Of a stretch of 64,000 nt of DNA, positions 56,751 to 64,000 are shown piece after piece. Each line of letters begins with the position of its first letter. Positions within the stretch are counted from its first letter, which is position 1. Made by a program: the position numbers and the translations under genes. The stretch is taken from contig JAVQSZ010000002.1 in assembly GCA_033581555.1 (NCBI GenBank), positions 1 to 64,000 of the forward strand. The letters are read 5' to 3'. Origin of the DNA: Nitrososphaerota archaeon. Its GTDB lineage: Archaea; Thermoproteota; Nitrososphaeria_A; Caldarchaeales; Calditenuaceae. The notes beneath the pieces were generated by a model, which was not told the DNA's origin, searched no databases, and saw only the letters and a list, made by a program, of their open reading frames with translations.

Positions 56751-57848
56751 GTGAGGCCGCGGGAGGACCTATCGGGGTTCGAGCCGTACGCTTGGGAGCC
56801 CTCGACCGAGGAGATCGCGAGGACCTTCGGTCTCAGGCCGGAGGACGTGGTGAGGATGGACACGAACGTATCTCCCTACAGACCGTCGGCGGTGATGAGG
56901 GCGTTGAGGTCGGAGCTGGATCGGATCGAGGTCAACCAGTACCCTGACACGAGCTACAGGGAGCTGAGGGAGGCGATGGCGGAGTACGTGGGGTGGGACC
57001 CGGAGCTGATCGTCCCGACGAACGGCGCCGACGAGGCGATCGACATCGTCTCGAGGGCCTTCCTCGCGAAGGGGAGGAGCGCGGCCTCTCCAGTCCCGAC
57101 CTACTCATACTTCAGGGTCGCGACCGAGCTCCAAGGCGCCGAGTTCAGGGGCGTCGCGAGGCTCGAGGGCTTCATCGAGGACGTCGACTCCCTCCTGAGG
57201 GCCTGTGACCGGAGCACATCCGTCGTCTGGCTCTGCGACCCCAACAACCCGACCGGGAACGGGCTCGAGGAGGGCACGATCGAGAGGGTCTGCCGCGAGA
57301 CGGAGGCGCTGGTCGTCGTCGACGAGGCCTATCACGAGTTCTCCGGGAGGACCGTGGTGAGGCTCCTCTCGAGGCACGAGAACCTCTGCGTGATCAGGAC
57401 ACTCTCGAAGGCCTTCGGGTTGGCGGGGATCAGGATAGGCTACCTGGTCGCGAACGGGTCTGTCGTGAGGGAGCTGAACAAGGCCAGGCCCCCCAACAGC
57501 ATAGGGTCGGTCAACGCGAGGTGCGGGGCGATCGCGCTCAAGAGCCACGGCTACGTGAGGAGGGACGTGGAGAGGATCGTGAGGGAGAGGGAGAGGCTGA
57601 GGTCGGAACTCTCGAGGCTCGACGGAGTCCTCGTCTACCCGTCATCCGCGAACTTCCTCCTGATCAGGCTCCTCGACCGCGACGCTTCCGAGGTGAAGAG
57701 GTCGCTCCTCAGGAAGGGGATCGTCGTGAGGAGCTTCGAGGGGAACCCTTACCTGAGCGGCTGCGTCAGGGTCACGGTCTGCTCGAGGCGGGAGAACGAC
57801 CGGTTCATCCGCGCGTTCAAGGAGGCCCTATCGGCGCCCACCGGGTGA
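56751..57848 (+). CDS. hisC: Histidinol-phosphate aminotransferase
   Basis: DTNVSP, NQYPD, TNGADEAI, DPNNPTG, DEAYHEF, RTLSKAFGLAGIRIG. Confidence 0.9.
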   Translation: MRPREDLSGFEPYAWEPSTEEIARTFGLRPEDVVRMDTNVSPYRPSAVMRALRSELDRIEVNQYPDTSYRELREAMAEYVGWDPELIVPTNGADEAIDIVSRAFLAKGRSAASPVPTYSYFRVATELQGAEFRGVARLEGFIEDVDSLLRACDRSTSVVWLCDPNNPTGNGLEEGTIERVCRETEALVVVDEAYHEFSGRTVVRLLSRHENLCVIRTLSKAFGLAGIRIGYLVANGSVVRELNKARPPNSIGSVNARCGAIALKSHGYVRRDVERIVRERERLRSELSRLDGVLVYPSSANFLLIRLLDRDASEVKRSLLRKGIVVRSFEGNPYLSGCVRVTVCSRRENDRFIRAFKEALSAPTG

Positions 57849-58469
57849 CGGATCGCCCCGCCCAGCGAGGGCCCTCGACGCGACGACGAACCTCTGAACC
57901 GCCGTAGCGTAGGCCGCTACCCCGACGGCCGCGAGGGCGAGGTTCAGCACGTGTTCCCAGAGTGGGTATGTCAGCGTCCCCACGACGAGGCCGACCGTTC
58001 GCTCCGCCCTCTCCGCGACCCCGATGCCTGCCAGCTCCACTCCTAGTGACTCGGCGCGGGCCCTAGCGTAGCTGACGAGCAGCGACCCGGTCGCGAAGAG
58101 CAGGACCTCGAGCCCGCCTGCAGGCCCCATCAGCAGCCCGACCGAGACCGCGGCCTCCCCGAACTTGTCGAGCACCGAGTCCTCGAAGGCACCCCTCGCG
58201 GTGACCCTCCCTTCCCTCCTCGCGACCTCGCCGTCTAACGCGTCCAATAGCCCCGACGCTAGGTACACTAGCCCTCCGAGCGGCACGAACCAGGCCCACG
58301 CCCTGTGGAGCGCGAACATCGAGGCCGCGAGGGCCGCGAGCCCTAACGCCGAGTAGGTCAGGGCGAACGGCGAGACCCTCCTCCTGACCATCGCCTCGAC
58401 GAGCCACCCCGAGGCCCTCCTCAGGACCTCCCTCTCGAGCTCGCGCTTTCCCCGCAACTCCTCGATCAA
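57828..58469 (-). CDS. CDP-alcohol phosphatidyltransferase (archaetidylinositol phosphate synthase-like)
   Basis: DALDGEVAR....T.RGAF.DSVLDK, VSYARARAE, ERAER. Confidence 0.9.
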   Translation of the reverse strand: MIEELRGKRELEREVLRRASGWLVEAMVRRRVSPFALTYSALGLAALAASMFALHRAWAWFVPLGGLVYLASGLLDALDGEVARREGRVTARGAFEDSVLDKFGEAAVSVGLLMGPAGGLEVLLFATGSLLVSYARARAESLGVELAGIGVAERAERTVGLVVGTLTYPLWEHVLNLALAAVGVAAYATAVQRFVVASRALAGRGDPSPGGRR

Positions 58470-58782
58470 CCGCGGAGGCGAGTGTAAAAACTCGACGGAG
58501 CACCGAGCCGGAGGCTCGCGGCATCGCGACCGCACCGACATGTGCACGTCCATGGGTCAACACGCGAAGCCCTAAGACGTCGCACGGCCCCTCATGCCGG
58601 TAACCAGCCGGATGCCGTCCCCCTGATCCCCCTTCACTCGATCGAATCATGAGCCTCGGAGACCTCGCCCTCGCCAGCAACATCTACTAAGCCGTCGCTG
58701 ATTTGACGGGATCAAATGACGTGGAAGCGGTCAGAGAACCGCTCTCGCGGAGTCGACGAGAAACGTCATACGTCGGGTTCGG

Positions 58783-60360
58783 TCACTCGACGACGACCGT
58801 CCTCGACTGCTCCCTGAGGAACGTCAGCAGGTAGTGGGGCCCTCCGACGCCCTTCCCGGTCGCCCCGCTCGCCTTCCACCCGACGAAGGTCTGGGCTCCA
58901 GGCCAAGCGCCAGTCGTCGACCCGCCCCGCCTGTTTGCGTAGCAGACGCCGAACTGTATCTTCGAGAAGAACCTCTCGACCTCGGACTTGTCCTCTGAGA
59001 AGATGCCCGCGGTGAGGCCATATTCGGTGTCGTTTGCGGCGCTTATCGCCTCGTCGAGGGCCTTGAACTTCGCCACCAGCAGGATCGGGAGGAAGAGCTC
59101 TTCCTTCCAGAGCCTGTGGCCGCGCGGGAGGTCAGCGATGATCGTCGGCTGGACGTAGAAGCCCCTGTCGTAAGGCTCCCCTCCAAGCGCCTCGCCCCCG
59201 TAGAGGACCTGGCCCCCCGCCCTTTTCGCCTCCTCGACGTAGGCCCTGAAGTTCTCGACGGCCCTCCTGTTGATCACCGGGCCCATGAAGGTCTCCTTTT
59301 CCCTCGGGTCCCCGACCCTCAGCTTCGACGTCTCCCTCACGAGCTCCTCTAGGAACCGCTCGTAGATCCGCTCGTGGACGTAGAGCCTCGAGGTCGCGGA
59401 GCACTTCTGGCCTCCGTACCCGAACGCGGCCCTAATCACGCCTGTCACGGCCTTCCCGATGTCCGCCTTCTCGGTCACGATCGTCGGGTTCTTGCTCCCC
59501 ATCTCGAGGATGATCGGCTTGGGGTAGGGCTGGCTGGTGAGGAACCTCCTGTAGAGCCTCATCCCGACCTCCTTCGACCCGGTGAAGGCTATCCCCGCGA
59601 CCTTCGGGTTCGTCGTCACTTCCTCCTCGAAGACGTCTCCGGGCCCTGTCAGGAAGTTGATCGCTCCGGGCGGAACTCCTGCGTCCCTGAAGACCCTGTA
59701 GAGGAGGAGTCCTGCGAGCGGGGCCTCACTGGTCGGCTTGAAGACGACCGTGTTACCCGTGATGAGGGCGCCGAGGATCATTCCGTTCGCGAGCATGAAC
59801 GGGAAGTTGAACGGAGATATCACGACCCAGGCGCCATAGGGTCTCGCGACCATCTTACAGACCTCACCCGGAGCTCCGGGCCCCAAGTCCCTCTGGTATC
59901 CGTTGTTCTCCTCCATCACCCTGCAGTAGTACCTGATCGCGTCGATCGCCTCCCAGCACTCCGCCAGCGCCTCGAGCCTGTTCTTCCCGACCTCGTAGGT
60001 GATCACCGCGGCTATCTCGAACTTCCTCTCGTCGATCAGCTGCGCCGCCCTCTCCATCACTTTGACCCTCTCCCTCCAGTCAAGCTCGGACCAGCCCTCG
60101 AAGGACCTGTCTGCGACGTCGATCGCCTTCGCGATGTGCTCCCTCTTCGCCCTCTGGAACCTCGCAACCAGTAAGCTCGTGTCTATTGGGCTCCGGTCCT
60201 CGAACTCCTCGCCGGTCCAGACCTCCTCCTCGCCGATGTACAGCGGGTAGCTCCTCCCCAGGTACTTCCTCTCCACCTCCTTCAGCGCGTTCTCGAAGTT
60301 CGGGTGGATCGTCGGGTCCGCGAAGAGGGTCACGTAGGTGATCTTCTGCTGACCGGACAT
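58783..60360 (-). CDS. Aldehyde dehydrogenase family, 1-pyrroline-5-carboxylate dehydrogenase-like
   Basis: ISPFNFP, FTGSKEVG, EMGSKN, GQKCSATSR, EELF.P, TGAWPGAQ.F.GWK. Confidence 0.88.
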   Translation of the reverse strand: MSGQQKITYVTLFADPTIHPNFENALKEVERKYLGRSYPLYIGEEEVWTGEEFEDRSPIDTSLLVARFQRAKREHIAKAIDVADRSFEGWSELDWRERVKVMERAAQLIDERKFEIAAVITYEVGKNRLEALAECWEAIDAIRYYCRVMEENNGYQRDLGPGAPGEVCKMVARPYGAWVVISPFNFPFMLANGMILGALITGNTVVFKPTSEAPLAGLLLYRVFRDAGVPPGAINFLTGPGDVFEEEVTTNPKVAGIAFTGSKEVGMRLYRRFLTSQPYPKPIILEMGSKNPTIVTEKADIGKAVTGVIRAAFGYGGQKCSATSRLYVHERIYERFLEELVRETSKLRVGDPREKETFMGPVINRRAVENFRAYVEEAKRAGGQVLYGGEALGGEPYDRGFYVQPTIIADLPRGHRLWKEELFLPILLVAKFKALDEAISAANDTEYGLTAGIFSEDKSEVERFFSKIQFGVCYANRRGGSTTGAWPGAQTFVGWKASGATGKGVGGPHYLLTFLREQSRTVVVE

Positions 60361-60422
60361 CGGGCATAATTCTCCGGCGCGGTTAAAATCCTTTTTAGAA
60401 CGCGCAGTGGTTAGCTGCAGAG

Positions 60423-60500
60423 GCCCCGGTCGTATAGCCAGGTCAAGTATACCGGCCTTTCGAGCCGGGGACCCGGGTTCAAATCCCGGCCGGGGCACCA
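60423..60500 (+). tRNA. tRNA-Glu(TTC), CCA encoded
   Basis: GCCCCGG/CCGGGGC acceptor stem, CCGGC-CT-TTC-GA-GCCGG, GTTCAAATC, ACCA. Confidence 0.95.
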
Positions 60501-60838
60501 CGACCTTCACGACGCTCGTCTCGATCTAGGGGCGATGAGGCCTGGCCGGGTCCGGAGACGAGAGGGTGACCTGGGTCATCGACCGCTGAAGACGGACGCT
60601 CTCCCTGACTTCGGAGCTCGGGACGGTCTAGTGCAAATGGATGAGGGGCGCGGCGTGCCGATCGAGTTCACGCCGAGGCGCGAAGGGGCGAGGAGGCGGT
60701 ACGCCGTGGCCGCCCCCAGCGAGAAGAGGGCTTTGGAGCTCAAGTGGGCCGCGAGGTCTGTCTTCAACGTCCGGTGACCTGGTCCGCGTCGTGAGGAATC
60801 GCCCAAATCTAGGCCTGAGGAGCTTGGAGCGGAGGGAG

Positions 60839-61987
60839 GTGAGCGGAGCGCTCAGTAGGTTGAGCAGGAGGAGTTTCCTGGTCGGTGCAGGTGCCGCCCT
60901 GTTAGCAGGAGCTACTTACTTCGGGCTCAGGGCCTTGACGACGCCCGTCGCGGCCCCCGAGGGGCGAGGACGCGCGGACTTCGACGTCGAGACGGTCGCT
61001 GAAGGCCTCGAGATACCATGGTCGATCGCGTTCCTCAGCGGAGACGAGGCGGTCGTGACCGAGAGGCCTGGAAGGGTTAGGCTGCTGGACCTTAGCTCCG
61101 GCAGGGCAGAGCTCCTCGGGACAGTTGACGTCGCCCACGTCGGAGAAGGAGGGCTCCTCGGGTGCAGCCTGCTCGGAAGGGGTCCGAGGCTTTTGGTATA
61201 CAGGACCTCGTACGCCGGCCAGCGCCTGACGAACTCGGTCCTGCTCTTCGACGACCTCTCGCTCGGGGACCACGTCGTCCTAGTCTCAGGGATCGAGGCC
61301 GCATCGATCCACAACGGCGGCAGGGTGAAGGTCGGGCTAGACGGGAACGTCTACGCGACGACGGGGGACGCCGCGAGGCCCGAGCTCTCCCAGAGGTTGG
61401 ACTCGCTGGCTGGGAAAGTCCTGAGGTTCAGGCCCGACGGCTCCGCACCGTCCGACAACCCGTTCCGAGGGTCGATCGTCTACAGCTACGGCCACAGGAA
61501 TCCCCAGGGGATCGCTTGGAGCCCAAAGCGCGGGAGGCTCTTCGCGACCGAACACGGACCCACCGGCGAGTTCGGGAGGTTCGCGCACGACGAGCTCAAC
61601 CTGATCGTCCCTGGAGGCAACTACGGGTGGCCCCACGTGATCGGCGTTGGACGCGACCCGAGGTTCGTGGACCCGGTCCTGGAGAGCGGCGACGCGACTT
61701 GGGCGCCCTCCGGCTGCGCGTTCTGCTCAGGGTCGGAGCTCGAGGCACTCGAGGGCAGGCTGCTCTTCGCTGCGCTTAGGGGAGAAGCGCTGCACGCCGT
61801 CGCGTTGGACGCCGAGGAGCAGTCGGCCGCATCCCATGAGGTCCTCCTTCGGGGAGCTCTGGGCAGGCTCAGGGATGTGGTACAAGGACCCGACGGCTCC
61901 GTCTACCTCCTCACCAGCAACCGGGACGGCCGCGGCAGACCGAGGCCCGGCGACGACCGAGTGGTCAGGATTGTGCCGAGACGATGA
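60839..61987 (+). CDS. Tat-exported PQQ-dependent aldose sugar (glucose/sorbosone) dehydrogenase
   Basis: SRRSFL twin-arginine signal, PWSIAF, GEGGLLG, HNGGR, GHRNPQG, GNYGWP, GRLRDV..GPDG; start uncertain (60839 or 60860). Confidence 0.88.
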   Translation: MSGALSRLSRRSFLVGAGAALLAGATYFGLRALTTPVAAPEGRGRADFDVETVAEGLEIPWSIAFLSGDEAVVTERPGRVRLLDLSSGRAELLGTVDVAHVGEGGLLGCSLLGRGPRLLVYRTSYAGQRLTNSVLLFDDLSLGDHVVLVSGIEAASIHNGGRVKVGLDGNVYATTGDAARPELSQRLDSLAGKVLRFRPDGSAPSDNPFRGSIVYSYGHRNPQGIAWSPKRGRLFATEHGPTGEFGRFAHDELNLIVPGGNYGWPHVIGVGRDPRFVDPVLESGDATWAPSGCAFCSGSELEALEGRLLFAALRGEALHAVALDAEEQSAASHEVLLRGALGRLRDVVQGPDGSVYLLTSNRDGRGRPRPGDDRVVRIVPRR

Positions 61988-62120
61988 CCACGAGAGCATA
62001 AGGGCATTACGCCCGGATTCCCGTCGCCCTTCCCGCGGGCACCGTGAAATATCGCCCTGGAGGCGTCGACGACCCGTGCTCGGGGCGAAAGTGGCCGGCG
62101 CCGCCGAGGACCACGCGATC

Positions 62121-62333
62121 ATGTACAGGTGCTACTACCACCCGGACAACTTCGCGGTCAGGAAGTGCGCCATCTGCTCCCGGATGGTCTGCAATAGATG
62201 CGCGGTCTTCACCGGATCGAGGACCGTCTGCAAGGTCTGTTACATGAGGCGCGTCCTCCCGGAGAGGGCGGTCGTCCTGATCTCCACGGGGGTCCGGGGT
62301 TCCGCGTCAATCCGGAGTATGGCCGGGGTCTGA
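62121..62333 (+). CDS. B-box-like zinc-finger protein
   Basis: CYYHP....CAIC...VCNRC......VCKVC. Confidence 0.7.
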   Translation: MYRCYYHPDNFAVRKCAICSRMVCNRCAVFTGSRTVCKVCYMRRVLPERAVVLISTGVRGSASIRSMAGV

Positions 62334-62422
62334 CCTGCGGAGCGCGCCGCACGGTCTCCCGCTCTCCGTATAAGAACGTTTTTTGAGGGGGAATTACGGG
62401 GAGTCTCGGTGGAGTCCGAGCG

Positions 62423-63070
62423 TTGCAGGAAGTCGCTGAGATGATGGGACTGGTCTGGTCGGCCGTAATCGCGGTAGCCGTGATAGTCGTTCTGCTCACG
62501 GTGATCTCGGGCCTGAGGAGGATCACCACGGAGTTGAAGCTCATGAGGGAGGCGCTCCAGATCACGATCAAACCCGTCCAACCGGAGGAGGAGAAGGCGA
62601 CCGCGCGGCCGCAGTCCGAAGTTCCCGCGGAGCCCGAGACGCCGCAGCAAACGGTCCAGACCGCCCCCGTCCCGCCCCCACCGCCTCCACCAGAGCAACC
62701 TCCGCAGCCTGAGGTTATAGTGGTCGGGGAGATCTCGGACCTGAAGGACCTCCTCAGGACCTTCAACCTCAAGTCGGTCCTCCTCTTCGACTCAGCCGGT
62801 CACGTGATCGACCACGAGGGCGAAGATGACCCGGAGAGGCTCGCTGCTCTGCTCGCGGAGGCGTTCTCGGTCATAATGATGGCCAACGACCGCGCCAAGT
62901 CCTTCGCGGTCTTCGACGGAGGCGTTGAGGGGGTGGTGAAGGTCGCGACCGTCGACGAGAGGGAGGTCTACGCCCACTTCAGGACGGGCCGCCCGGTCGG
63001 TGCGGAAGAACTGCGGAGGATAACGGAGCAGATCAGGGTCGTGCTCGCGCGGATGCTGGAGGTCAGGTGA
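62423..63070 (+). CDS. Membrane-anchored protein with a Pro-rich linker and C-terminal Roadblock/LC7-like domain
   Basis: N-terminal TM, PVPPPPPPPEQPPQP linker, SVLLFDSAGHVI...ERLAALLA. Confidence 0.7.
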   Translation: MQEVAEMMGLVWSAVIAVAVIVVLLTVISGLRRITTELKLMREALQITIKPVQPEEEKATARPQSEVPAEPETPQQTVQTAPVPPPPPPPEQPPQPEVIVVGEISDLKDLLRTFNLKSVLLFDSAGHVIDHEGEDDPERLAALLAEAFSVIMMANDRAKSFAVFDGGVEGVVKVATVDEREVYAHFRTGRPVGAEELRRITEQIRVVLARMLEVR

Positions 63071-63073
63071 GCG

Positions 63074-63439
63074 TTGTGCGGGTTCCACTACGACCCAGAC
63101 TCCCTCAAGGTCTACCTGGAGGAGGTCCTTAGGGTCAGCAGGGGAGCGATAGAAGTACTCTTGGTAGCTAAGCCTGATGGCACGCCGGTCGCCCACGCCA
63201 ACTCGATCTCGCTAAGCCCCGACTACCTCGCCGCCGCGATCTCGGCTGTCTCGGGAGTGATCAGGTCGGTGCTGGAGATGCTCGAGCTCGGGGACTACAA
63301 GAGGATCTACGTCGAGCTGACGGACCGGAGGTACGTCTTCGCGATGCCCTATAGGGGCGACGTAGTCGTCGCGATAACGAAGTCCAACCCGAACCTCGGC
63401 TTCATCAACATGCTGCTCTCGGTTTACTTCAAGGAATGA
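63074..63439 (+). CDS. Roadblock/LC7 (MglB-like) protein
   Basis: LVAKPDGTPVA, LAAAISA, NPNLG motifs. Confidence 0.85.
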   Translation: MCGFHYDPDSLKVYLEEVLRVSRGAIEVLLVAKPDGTPVAHANSISLSPDYLAAAISAVSGVIRSVLEMLELGDYKRIYVELTDRRYVFAMPYRGDVVVAITKSNPNLGFINMLLSVYFKE

Positions 63440-63443
63440 GGTC

Positions 63444-63977
63444 ATGAGGAGCATCAAGGTCCTCATCGTGGGACCCTTCAACGCAGGGAAGACCACATTC
63501 ATCAAGACCTTGGCCGGACTGAGCATGACGACGGACGTTGAGGTAACTTCCCCCGAGGAGAGGAGGAAGAAGGAGAAGACGACTGTGGGGATGGACTTCG
63601 GGATGGTCAACATAGGGGACGGGTACGTGGTGAGGCTGTTCGGAAGCCCCGGACAGCCAAGGTTCTCCTTCATGTGGAGGGTGCTCTCGGTCGGAGCCCA
63701 CGGCGTTATCTTCATGGTCGACTCGAGCGACTCCGAGTCCATTTCAGCCTCGGTCGAGGAGTTCAAGAGGGCCCGTGCCCAGTTCGGGAAGCTGCCGATT
63801 GTCGTCGCGGCTAACAAGCAGGACCTGCCCCAGGCCCTGAAGCCCGAGGACGTGAGGTTCGTGCTCAGCGTGCCGCCCACAATTCCGGTGCTGCCATGCA
63901 TCGCGATCGACAAGAACGCTGCCTGGCTCGTACTCGGCACGCTCCTCGAGATGGTGATCGGCAGAAAGAGCGGCTAG
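63444..63977 (+). CDS. MglA-like small GTPase
   Basis: G1 GPFNAGKTT, G2 TTVGMDFG, G3 FGSPGQPRF, G4 NKQD, G5 CIA. Confidence 0.88.
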   Translation: MRSIKVLIVGPFNAGKTTFIKTLAGLSMTTDVEVTSPEERRKKEKTTVGMDFGMVNIGDGYVVRLFGSPGQPRFSFMWRVLSVGAHGVIFMVDSSDSESISASVEEFKRARAQFGKLPIVVAANKQDLPQALKPEDVRFVLSVPPTIPVLPCIAIDKNAAWLVLGTLLEMVIGRKSG

Positions 63978-64000
63978 ACTCACATCCTGGCCCAGGAGAT

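Noticed and set aside
58755-58775. GAAACGT-cat-ACGTC resembling hammerhead ribozyme stem III
   Set aside because: The required CTGANGA core is missing at the proper upstream position.
18097-60500. High similarity of tRNA-Asp and tRNA-Glu forming a long-range inverted repeat
   Set aside because: Archaeal Asp and Glu tRNAs are normally similar. Both are complete genes with distinct acceptor stems, not att-site duplications.
60535-60777. 80-aa ORF downstream of tRNA-Glu as an integrated-element remnant
   Set aside because: It has no recognisable motif, and I saw no duplicated tRNA 3' end or integrase fragment.
1-64000. CRISPR arrays, cas genes, IS elements and 16S/23S rRNA
   Set aside because: No regularly spaced repeats, transposase motifs or large rRNA sequence were seen.

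Overview
GC-rich archaeal chromosome segment, probably from a thermophilic TACK lineage such as Aigarchaeota/Caldarchaeales. This placement is inferred from Smc-ScpAB, a Nitrososphaeria-like NuoI, archaeal PEP carboxylase, AglB, a free-standing 5S rRNA, AGG-rich codon usage and a multi-intron tRNA. Most of the window is housekeeping and metabolism: cdc6, rfcL, a dsrE-tusA-sqr-arsR sulfur operon, uppS, rqcH, lutC/lutB-A, GGPP synthase, smc-scpAB, argC/lysY, argF, aglB, proteasome beta/PAC2, ribK, nuoI, ppcA, nadE, etfBA-fixCX, nep1, rps9, rpl21e-rpoF, hisC, P5C dehydrogenase and a PQQ sugar dehydrogenase. It also has three tRNAs and a 5S rRNA. The standout is a compact ~6 kb virus-derived locus (27048-33100). 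It contains a terminase large subunit, a candidate small subunit, an ABC-ATPase/GNAT fusion, a gp6-like head-tail adaptor, a tail-terminator-like gene, small membrane proteins and two RHH-like regulators around a palindrome-bearing divergent promoter. It has no recognisable integrase, att sites, portal, capsid or replication genes, so it is a candidate domesticated or GTA-like DNA-packaging system. Also notable are a membrane-anchored Roadblock/Roadblock/MglA-type GTPase module, a two-intron tRNA-Leu(TAA) with a variable-arm intron, a ~130-aa insertion in NuoI, a doubly disrupted thi4, a CTG start for rpl21e and a split convergent ABC ATPase/AAA-associated domain pair. All product calls come from motif recognition by eye, with no database searches.
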